64,000 nucleotides of DNA from Bdellovibrionales bacterium (GTDB taxonomy: Bacteria; Bdellovibrionota; Bdellovibrionia; Bdellovibrionales; JAGQZY01), in contig CAXRHT010000003.1 in the NCBI GenBank assembly GCA_964230645.1, positions 448,001 to 512,000 of the forward strand, written 5' to 3'. The notes beneath the pieces are model-generated. The model had not been told where the DNA came from. It did no database searches and saw only the letters and a list, made by a program, of their open reading frames with translations. A program made the position numbers and the translations under genes. Position 1 is the first letter of the stretch. Every line of letters starts with the position of its first letter. Below, piece after piece: positions 49,401-61,400 of the stretch.

Positions 49401-52400
49401 GAATCCGATCCTTATAGTTACGGAACACTAGCGACAGGTGCTTCTCGGGCCCATAGTTTTACAATATCAAATACGGGCGGAAGCCAGGCGACAGCGATTG
49501 CTGAGAGCACTGTAGCAGCGCCTTTCCGTTACACCGGAGCTGGAAATACTTTTCCAGGAGCTGCGGGTGATTGTGGCACGACTCTAGCCGCTGGTGCGAC
49601 TTGTACGATTGAAGTGGAGTATGCTCCCACAGTTGTGAATGCCAGTGACGCTGGAACGATTACTTTTGGTTACAACAATGGTGTTTCTGTACAAGGTGTG
49701 GCGAGGACTCTCAGTGGTGTTGCAGTAACACCAGCGAGCATCACCATGGATCAAGGCGATCCCTACAATTATGGAACAGTGGCTCAGGGAGCCAGTCGCA
49801 ATGTTGTTATCACCCTTACAAATGGTGGTGGATTTAATGCGACAAGCTTAACGGAAATCACTCTCGGAGGAGATTTTGATTTTACCGGTGCTGGCTTTCC
49901 GGGTACAGGTGGCAACTGTACAGCGACTTTAACAAGTGGTGCGACTTGCACAATTGAAGTGGCTTTTTCTCCTTCAAGCACAGGGGCATTGGCTGGAACC
50001 TTGAGCCTGCAATACAACAATGGGGTTTCCGTTGTTACGGAAACAAAAGCTTTGAGTGGAACCGGTGCTGCCCCCGCACTTATTACAATCAGTGGGACGG
50101 ATCCCGTGGATTTTGGAACTGTCACCCAGGGCTCGAACACAACAATACTTTTAACAGTGAATAATACGGGAGCGGTGAATGCCACAGGAATCAGTGGTGG
50201 TGGACTTGCGGCTCCTTTTGGCTTTACCGGTGGAACCTATCCGGGCCTCGGTGGAACTTGTGGAGATCCCATTCTTCCCTCCACTCCTTGTAATATTGAA
50301 ATTCAATTCTCTCCCACAACGGCTGTGGTAAGTAATGGCCAAGTAGATATAAATTACAATAATGGTGTGGGACCACAAACCACCACAAGAACTCTTGTTG
50401 GTGAGGGTGTGGCGCCAGCCCTTCTCACCATCTCTGGTGTTGATCCTTATGATTTCGGAACGATCGCTAACGGGGGAGGGATAGCCTCCGTTGCTTTCAC
50501 AATTAATAATATCGGTTCTAGTAGTGCCACGGCAATCAATGAAACCACCCTTGGTGGTGACTTTGATTTCTATTTAGCGGGTTACCCTGGAAGCGGTGGA
50601 ACTTGTGGAGCCAGTTTACCGGCGGGTGGAAGTTGTAATGTCGTTCTCGAATTTACACCGACAAGCCTTGGACCCCTCTCTTCTACTTTTACTCTACAAT
50701 ATAATGATGGAGCGGCAGTACAAACGGAAAGTAAAGATCTGCAAGGTGTGGGTGGCGCGCCCGCTCTTCTCGATATAGCAAGCAGTGATCCTCATGATTT
50801 TGGAACTGCGGCTATTGGCTCGACCAATACGGTTATATTAACAATATCTAATGGTGGTGCTGTTTCTGCTACTGGCATGGCTGCTGTGGCGAGCTTAAGT
50901 CCTCCCTTTAATTACACAGGTGTTGGGTATCCTGGAACAAATGGAACTTGCGGGACCTCACTTGCGACAAGTGCCACATGTGATATTGAAGTTCAGTGGG
51001 TGCCAGCAGCACTTGGACCGCAAACCCAAAATATAAGCATTAACTACAATGATGGAACTGGAGCTACCAATTTCACCCACGGCGTTCAAGGAACAGGAGC
51101 GAATCCTGCGCAACTTGCTATTCAAGGCGTTGATCCGGCTGATTTCGGTAATGTAACTCAAGGTGATACTCAAACCCTGATTCTTACGGTGGAAAATACT
51201 GGAGATGTGAATGCCACTGGAATTACTGAGACTGGCTTAGCGGGAGACTACGCTTTTACAGCTCCGGGTACTTTCCCTGGGGGTGCTGGAACTTGCACAA
51301 CAACGATCACCAATGGAAGTACGTGTACGATCGAAGTGCAAGTGACTCCTTCGAGCACTGGAATAATTCCAGGAACAATCACCTTTGATTATAATAACGG
51401 TGCAAACAACACATCCTACTCCCACGGGTTGACGACCAATGGGTTGGCTCCGGCCGTTCTTGCTATCACACCAGGGCCTGGAAACTATGATTTTGGTACA
51501 AGACCTGTAGGTTCTACGAACTCAAACACTTTCACGTTAACAAATAGTGGAGGAAGTGCGGCCACACTTATTGTGGGTGGCGGATTAAGCGCACCTTTTA
51601 CCTACAGTGGCGGAAGTTTCCCTGGTGGAGGAACTTGTACAGGAACTCTTGCTTCTGGAAGTTCATGTACCTTTGTGGCTGACTATCTTCCGGTGGCTGC
51701 CAATGGTGCAGAGTCCGATACAATTACTATTGATTACAATGATGGCGCGGCCGCTCAACAGATTACTTTAGGCCTTGATGCTGTTTCGCAAACTCGTGCT
51801 ACCCTCACAATCAGTGAAAGTGACCCTTATAATTATGGAACTCTAGCCACTGGGGCTACAAGAGCTCACAGTTTTACGATTTCTAACACAGGTGAATTTC
51901 AAGCAGGAGCTATCACAGAAACCACAGTGGCGGCTCCTTTTAGATACACTGGAGCTGGCAACACCTATCCTGGAGCGGCGGGAGATTGTGGAGCAACCCT
52001 TGCTGGTGGCGCAACTTGTACGATTGAAGTGGAATACGCTCCTACATTAGTGAGTGCCGGAGATTCTGGGACTATTACTTTTGGGTACAATGACGGTGTT
52101 GCCGTTCAAAGTGTTGCGCGCACACTTAGTGGTGTTGCGGTCACACCCGCTAGTATTACCATGGATCAGGGCGACCCTTATAATTTCGGAACAGTGGCAC
52201 AAGGTGCTTCTCGTAATGTATTGATCACTCTGACTAACGGAGGCGGATTTGGTGCAACCAGCATTACAGAGACCACTTTGGGTGGTGATTTTGATTTTAC
52301 CGGCGCTGGTTTTCCTGGAACCGGTGGTAACTGTACGACTTCTTTATTAAGTGGTGCAAGTTGTACGATCGAAGTGCAATTTGCGCCAGCAAGTACGGGT

Positions 52401-55400
52401 GCTTTAGCTGGAACTTTATCAATACAATATAATAACGGTGTTACCACGGTGACAGAAACTAAAGCCCTGAGTGGATCAGGTGCTGCTCCTGCATTGATCA
52501 CAATCAGTGGAACAGATCCTGTGGATCTTGGTAATGTAACCCAAGGTTCAAATTCTACGGTTATATTAACAGTCAACAACACCGGAGCGGTCAACGCTAC
52601 GGGAATTAGTGGTGGAGGCCTTTCTGCTCCCTTTGGATTTACGGGTGGGTCTTATCCTGGAACTGGTGGAACTTGTGGAGATCCGATTCTCCCTTCCACC
52701 CCTTGTACCATCGAATTACAATTCTCTCCTACGACGGCTGTTGTTAGTAACGGACAAGTCGATATTAACTATAACAACGGCGTTGGACCACAAACGACGA
52801 CTAGAACTCTCGTAGGTACCGGTGTGGCTCCAGCCCTTCTTACACTCTCTGGTGTTGATCCTTACGATTTTGGAACTCTTGCTAATGGCGGTGGAATTGC
52901 CGCGGTGACAGTAACGGTTGATAACATTGGATCAAGCAGTGCAACTGCCATGAGTGAGACAACTCTTGGTGGAGATTTCGATTTTTATCTTTCCGGTTAT
53001 CCAGGAAATGGTGGAACTTGTGGAGCGAGCCTTCCTGCAGGATCGAACTGTACAGTGGTGTTGGAATTTACCCCTACAAGTCTTGGACCTCTCTCTTCTA
53101 CGTTCACTCTGCAATATAATGATGGTGCCGCGGTTCAGACAGAGAGCAAAGCTTTACAAGGTGTGGGTGGCGCGCCAGCGCTACTTGATATAGCCACCAG
53201 TGATCCTCATGACTTTGGAACCAGAGCGATTGGATCTACCAATACTGTTATTTTAACAGTAACCAATGGCGGAGCCGTGGCTGCTACCACAATCGCTGAT
53301 GCAGCCACACTCAGTCCTCCATTTAATTACACAGGGACGGGATATCCTGGAACCAATGGAACTTGTGGAGTGAGTTTAAATAGTGGAGCCAGTTGTGATC
53401 TTGAAGTGCAATGGGTTCCGGCTTCAACAGGTGTGCAGAATCAGAATATCACTCTCAATTATAATGACGGAACGGGAGCGACCAGTTTTGTTCACGGTCT
53501 GCAAGGAACGGGAGCGAATCCAGCTCAGCTAGCCATTCAAGGAGTTGATCCAGCCGATTTTGGAAACGTCACTCAAGGGGATACTCAAATTCTTATTTTA
53601 ACAGTTGAGAACACAGGCTCTGTTAATGCCACAGGCATCGCGGAAACAGGATTGGCCGGAGACTATGCTTTCACAGCTCCTGGTACTTTCCCAGGTGGTG
53701 CTGGAACTTGTACAACAACCATAACCAATGGAAGTACTTGTACTATTGAAGTTCAAGTGACGCCTTCTAGTACTGGTATTATTCCAGGAACGATCACCTT
53801 TGATTATAATAACGGCGCTAATAACACTTCTTACTCTCACGGTTTAACAACTAACGGTCTGGCACCTGCTGTTCTTGCCATTACGCCAGGGCCTGGCAAT
53901 TATAATTTTGGAACAAGACCTGTTGGCTCAACAAACTCAAATACTTTTACCTTAACAAATAGTGGTGGAAGTGCCGCTTCATTAATTATAGGTGGAGGCT
54001 TAAGTGCTCCTTTTACCTATAGTGGTGGAAGTTTTCCCGGCGGAGGAACTTGTACAGGAACATTAGCTTCGGGAAGCTCATGTACCTTTATAGTTGATTA
54101 TTTACCGACTGTAGCTAATGGAGCAGAAACAGACACGATCACAGTGGATTACAATGACGGCGCGGCCGCTCAGCAAATTACTTTAGGACTTGATGCTGTT
54201 TCACAAACTCGCGCCACACTCACAATCAGTGAAAGTGATCCTTACAATTACGGAACCTTGGCCACCGGAGCCACGAGAGCTCACAGTTTTACAATTTCAA
54301 ATACTGGTGAATTTCAAGCCAGTGCCATTGGTGAAAGCACTGTCGCCGCTCCTTTTAGATACACAGGAGCCGGCAATATTTATCCTGGAGCGGCTGGAGA
54401 TTGTGGCGCCACGCTTGCTGGTGGTGCGACATGTACCATTGAAGTGGAATACGCTCCAACACTAGTCAGTGCGGGAGATGCTGGAACAATTACTTTTGGA
54501 TACAATGATGGTGTCGCGGTTCAAAGTGTTGCGCGCACTCTCAGTGGAGTGGCTGTCACCCCTGCTAGTATTACAATGGATCAGGGAGACCCCTACAATT
54601 TCGGAACGGTGGCACAAGGCGCTTCTCGCCCCGTTATAATTACGCTGACAAATGGTGGTGGCTTTGGTGCCACAAGCATTACCGAGACCACCCTTGGGGG
54701 TGACTTTGATTTTACAGGCGCTGGTTTCCCTGGAACGGGTGGAAATTGTACGGCTTCTTTACTAAGTGGTGCTAGTTGTACTATCGAAGTGGAATTTGCT
54801 CCAACGGTTACAGGAGCCTTGGCAGGCACTTTAACTGTTCAATATAACAATGGTGTTTCAACGGTAACAGAAACGAAAGCTTTAAGTGGTAATGGTGCCG
54901 CGCCGGCTCTTATCACGATTAGTGGTACAGACCCTGTCGATTTTGGAAGTGTCACTCAGGGCGCCAGCAACACCTTACTTCTAACAGTAAACAATACGGG
55001 CGCTGTCAATGCCACAGGAATTAGTGGCGGAGGACTGGCTGCTCCTTTTGGATTTACTGGAGGCTCTTATCCTGGAAGTGGTGGAACCTGTGGAGATCCC
55101 ATTCTCCCATCCACTCCATGTACTATCGAATTACAATTTTCTCCCACAACGGCTGTTGTCAGTAACGGCCAAGTGGACATTAACTATAATAACGGTGTAG
55201 GACCGCAAACAACCACAAGAACTCTTGTGGGTACTGGTGTTGCGCCTGCTTTACTCACTTTCTCAGGTACTGATCCCTATGATTTTGGCACTATTGCCAA
55301 CGGCGGTGGAATTGCTTCGGTGACAGTGACCGTTGATAATATTGGGGCCAGCAGTGCTACGGCTATGAATGAAACCACTCTTAGTGGTGATTTTGATTTT

Positions 55401-58400
55401 TATCTTTCTGGTTACCCAGGTAACGGTGGAACTTGTGGAGCAAGTCTTCCTGCGGGATCTAACTGTACGGTGGTTCTTGAATTTACACCCACAAGTTTAG
55501 GACCATTATCCTCCACATTCACGATCCAATATAATGATGGTGCCGCCGTCCAAACCGAAGCCAAAGATTTACAAGGTGTGGGTGGAGCGCCAGCGCTACT
55601 TGATATCGCTACCAGTGATCCTCATAATTTTGGAACGCGTGCGATTGGCTCAAACAATACTGTGATTTTAACGGTGACTAACGGTGGTGCTGTGGCGGCA
55701 ACCACAATAGCCGATGGGCTTAGTCTCACTCCTCCTTTTGACTTTACGGGTGGAAGTTACCCTGGTTCGAATGGAACCTGTGGTGCTAGTCTCGCGACAG
55801 GCGCTAATTGCGATATCGAGGTGCAATGGATTCCAGCGGCTACGGGCTTGCAGAGTCAAAACATTACATTAAATTACAATGACGGAACAGGAGCTGCGAC
55901 ATTCACTCATGGCTTACAGGGAACAGGAGCCAATCCGGCTCTTCTTTCCATTCAAGGAGCCGACCCAGCTGATTTTGGCAATGTCACACTAGCTGACACT
56001 CAAACACTTCTGCTAACTGTTGAAAACACAGGTGGAGTGGCAGCCACTGCTGTTGTTGAGAGTGGACTGGCTGGGGATTATGCTTTTACTGCTCCAGGAA
56101 CCTTTCCTGGTGGTGGAGGATCTTGTCCCACGACTATTAGTAGTGGCTCCACATGTACTATTGAAGTTCAGGTCACACCTTCTAGTACAGGCGTTATCTC
56201 TGGCAACGTGACTCTTGATTACAACAATGGTGCAACCAATACGTCTTATACTCACGGGTTGACCACCAATGGGTTATCGCCAGCGACTCTTGCGATAACC
56301 CCCGGGCCTGCTAACTACGATTTTGGAACGCGTCCAATTAACTCTGTTAACACCAACACCTTTACACTCACCAATGGTGGTGGAAGTCCTGCCACAGGAA
56401 TTGTGGGCGGGGGCCTTGCATCTCCTTTCGTATATAGTGGCGGAAGTTTTCCTGGTGGGGGCACCTGTACCGGAACTCTTGCTGCGGGAAGTTCTTGTAC
56501 TTTTGTGGTGGATTACCTTCCAACAGTGGCCAATGGCGCAGAGACCGACACAATAACAATCGATTATAATGATGGAACTGTAGCCCAGCAAACAACTCTT
56601 GGTCTTGATGCTGTTTCTCAAACGAGATCTTTACTTACAATTAGTGAAAGTAATCCCTATAACTACGGAACTCTTGCTACAGGTGCCACAAGAGCTAATA
56701 CCTTTACAATTACAAATACCGGAGAGTATCAGGCCACAGCAATATCTGAAACAACAATTGCCAATCCTTTCCGTTACACAGGAGCTGGAAATACTTTTCC
56801 TGGAGCAGCCGGTGATTGTGGTACGACACTCAATGGAGGTGCCAGCTGTACGATTGAGGTAGAATATGCTCCGACAGTCGTGAGTGGTGCTGATTCTGGA
56901 ACTATTACTTTTGGTTACAATGATGGTGTCGCGGTACAGAGTGTGGCGCGCACTCTTAGTGGTGTGGCTGTCACTCCTGCTAGTATTACAATGAATCAAG
57001 GTGACCCCTATAACTTCGGGACGGTGGCACAGGGTGCCTCTCGTAATGTTCTGATCACTCTTACAAATGGTGGTGGTCACGGAGCCTCTGCCATTACCGA
57101 AACGACTCTTGGTGGAGATTTCGATTTCAGTGGAGCTGGTTTTCCAGGAACCGGTGGAAATTGTACAGCCACTTTATTGAGTGGTGCGAGCTGTAATATC
57201 GAAGTGGCTTTTGCCCCGGGTAGCACTGGAGCTTTAGCCGGTACTCTTAGCATTCAATACAATAACGGTGTTTCCGTCGTCACAGAAACAAAAGCTCTGA
57301 ACGGAACTGGGGCCTCTCCAGCACTTATTACCATTAGTGGCACAGACCCGGTGGATTTTGGAAATGTCACTCAAGGCTCCAGTACGACGACTCTTTTAAC
57401 TGTTAACAACACAGGCTCAGTCAATGCCACTGGAATTAGTGGGGGGGGACTTGGTGCTCCTTTTAGTTTCACCGGAGGATCCTACCCTGGACTAGGTGGA
57501 GATTGTGGTGATCCTATTTTGCCAGCCACTCCATGTACAATTGAAGTGCGTTTTGCACCGACGGCAGCTGTGGTGAGTAACTCCCAAGTGGATATCAATT
57601 ACCACAATGGTGTGAGTCCTCAAACGACAACAAGAACTCTTGTCGGTACAGGAATCGCTCCGGCTCTTCTAACTTTTTCAGGAGTAGACCCTTATGATTT
57701 CGGAACCATTGCCAATGGTGGTGGGATTGCGTCGGTCACAGTCACTGTCGACAATATTGGTTCAAGTAGTGCGACAGGCATTAATGAAACAACACTCGGT
57801 GGTGACTTTGATTTTTATCTATCAGGGTTTCCTGGTAACGGTGGAACTTGTGGGGCGAGCCTTCCCGCCGGATCGAACTGTACGGTGGTGCTTGAATTTA
57901 CACCAACAAGTTTAGGTCCACTAGCTTCGACTTTTACTCTACAATATAATGATGGTGCGGCTGTTCAAACCGAAGCTAAAGATCTACAAGGTGTCGGTGG
58001 AGCACCAGCGCTCCTTGATATCGCCACCAGTGATCCGCATGATTTCGGTACCAGGGCTATAGGTTCTACCAATGTCGTGGTTTTAACCATTACCAATGGT
58101 GGTGCTGTGGCTGCGACAGCGATTGCTGATGCTGCCACTTTAACTTCTCCTTTCAGTTATACGGGTGCGGGTTATCCTGGAAGCAACGGAACTTGTGGAG
58201 CCTCTCTTGCTAGCGGTGCTTCTTGTGATATTGAAGTAAGCTGGGTGCCGGCAGCCACCGGATTACAGAATCAAACAGTCACCCTTAACTATAATGATGG
58301 CTCTGGTGCCACTTCATTTACTCACGGTTTACAAGGAACAGGGGCTAACCCCGCTCTACTCTCTATTCAAGGGGCTGATCCCGCCGATTTTGGAAATGTC

Positions 58401-61400
58401 ACTCTGGCTGACACACAATCTCTTCTTCTTACTGTGGAAAACACTGGGGATGTTGCAGCGACCTCGGTTTCTGAAAGTGCATTGGCTGGAGACTATGCTT
58501 TCACGGCGCCTGGAACTTTCCCTGGAGGGGGAGGTTCATGTACAGCGACTATCGGTGGAGGAGCCACATGTACCATTGAAGTACAAGTGACCCCCAGCAG
58601 TACAGGGGTCATTTCCGGTAATGTGACTCTTGATTATAACAATGGCGCTACCAACACCTCTTACACTCATGGGTTGACCACCAACGGTTTATCACCGGCA
58701 ACTCTTGCGATAACACCAGGTCCGGCTAACTACGATTTTGGAACGCGTCCAATTAACTCTGTTAACACCAACACCTTTACACTCACCAATGGTGGAGGAA
58801 GTCCTGCCACAGGAATTGTCGGTGGTGGTCTTGCATCTCCGTTTGTATACAGCGGCGGAAGTTTTCCAGGTGGCGGAACTTGTACAGGAACTCTTGCAGC
58901 CGGAAGCTCTTGTACTTTTGTAGTTGATTATCTTCCGACCGTCGCTAATGGCGCAGAAACTGATACGATTACGATTGATTACAACGATGGAACGGTCGCA
59001 CAGCAGACAACTTTAGGGCTTGATGCTGTTTCTCAAACAAGATCTTTACTTACAATTAGCGAGAGCAGTCCTTACAATTACGGAACTCTTGCGACGGGTG
59101 CCACGAGAGCTCACACATTTACCATCGCTAATACGGGAGAGTATCAGGCTACAGCAATTTCTGAAACAACGGTCACTAACCCTTTCCGTTACACAGGAGC
59201 CGGAAACACTTATCCCGGAGCGGCTGGAGATTGTGGGGCGACTCTCAACGGAGGCGCAAGCTGTACGATTGAAGTTGAATACGCTCCGACTGTAGTGAGT
59301 GGAGCTGATTCGGGAACTATTACTTTTGGTTACAATGATGGTGTCGCGGTACAAAGTGTGGCGCGCACTCTCAGTGGTGTGGCGGTGACACCAGCGAGTA
59401 TTACCATGAATCAAGCCGATCCTTACAATTTTGGAACAGTTGCTCAAGGTGCTTCCCGCAATGTATTGATCACTTTGACAAATGGTGGTGGTCATAGTGC
59501 GACCAGTCTTACTGAAATCACACTTGGTGGAGATTTTGACTTTACCGGGGCTGGATTTCCTGGAACGGGTGGAAACTGTACCGCTTCTCTTTTAAGTGGA
59601 GCGAGCTGTAATATCGAAGTCACTTTTGCACCAGGAAGTACAGGGGCTTTAGCGGGCACTTTAACTTTACAATATAATAATGGAGTGACCACAGTCACAG
59701 AAACGAAAGATCTCAGTGGTGCGGGTGCCGCTCCGGCATTGATCACAATTAGTGGTACGGATCCAGTGGATTTCGGAAATGTGACTCAAGGATCAAATAA
59801 CACACTTCTGTTGACTGTTAACAACACAGGGGCTGTCAATGCCACAGGAATTAGCGGTGGTGGATTGAGTGCCCCATTTGGTTTTACCGGAGGAGCTTAT
59901 CCAGGATCAGCGGGAACCTGTGGTGATCCCATTCTACCATCAACGCCTTGTACAATTGAAGTGCGCTTTTCTCCAACAACCGCAGTCGTAAGCAACGGGC
60001 AAGTTGATATTAACTACAATAACGGCGTTGGACCACAGACGACCACAAGAACTCTAGTAGGAACAGGAATCGCTCCAGCCTTACTGACTTTCACAGGGGC
60101 TGACCCCTACGATTTTGGAACTGTGGCTAATGGCGGAGGCCTTGCCTCTGTGACTGTTACAGTCAATAACGTGGGTTCTAGTAGTGCAACCGCTATGAAT
60201 GAAACCACACTCGGAGGTGATTTTGATTTCTACTTAACAAGTTACCCCGGAAACGGTGGAACTTGTGGAGCGAGTCTCCCAGCTGGCGGAAGTTGTGATG
60301 TTGTGCTTGAGTTCACACCAACAAGCCTTGGGCCTCTAGCCTCAACTTTTACCATCCAGTATAATGACGGGGCCGCAGTACAGACAGAGGCCAAAGCTCT
60401 TCAAGGTGTGGGTGGTGCTCCCGCTTTACTGGATATTGCTACCAGTGATCCTCATAATTTTGGAACAAGAGCCATTGGCTCCAATAACACTGTTATACTT
60501 ACGATTACAAACGGCGGAGCCGTGGCGGCCACAGGTATTGCAGACGCAGCCACACTTAGCGCTCCTTTTGATTACACAGGAACAGGTTATCCTGGAACCA
60601 ATGGAGACTGTGGAGCGAGTTTAGCAAGCTCTGCGAGTTGTGATATTGAAGTGCAATGGATCCCATCATCCACTGGTTTGCAAACTCAAGACATTACTTT
60701 GAATTACAATAATGGAACAGGAGCCACTGCTTTTGTTCATGGTCTACAGGGAACCGGTGCTAACCCCGCTCTCCTTTCCATTCAAGGAGCCGATCCGGCG
60801 GACTTCGGAAATGTCACGCAAGGAAACCCTCGCGTTCTTCTTTTAACAGTTGAAAACACAGGAGATGTTAACGCTACAGGCATTACCGAATCAGGACTTG
60901 CTGGGGATTATGCCTTCACTGCTCCTGGAACCTTCCCTGGTGGTGGTGGAAATTGTACAACTACGATTAGTAGTGGTGGAACTTGTACTATCGAAGTGCG
61001 CGTGATTCCTAGTAGTACTGGAGCCGTCACCGGTAATGTAACGCTCAATTATAACAATGGTGCGACGAACACTTCCTATACCCATGGTCTAACAACAAAT
61101 GCTATTAGCCCAGCGATCTTAGCGATCACTCCAGGACCGGCGAACTACGACTATGGAACAAGACCTATTAATTCAACCAATACAAATACCTTCACTCTTT
61201 CAAACAGTGGGGGAAGCCCTGCTACAAGTATTGTCGGTGGTGGTTTAGCCTCTCCTTTCATTTATAGTGGTGGGAGTTTTCCTGGTGGAGGAACCTGTAC
61301 GGGAACTCTGGCGGCGGGTAGCTCTTGTACTTTCATAGTCGATTACTTACCGACAACAGCCAACGGAGCGGAAACCGATACTATCACCATCGACTTCAAT

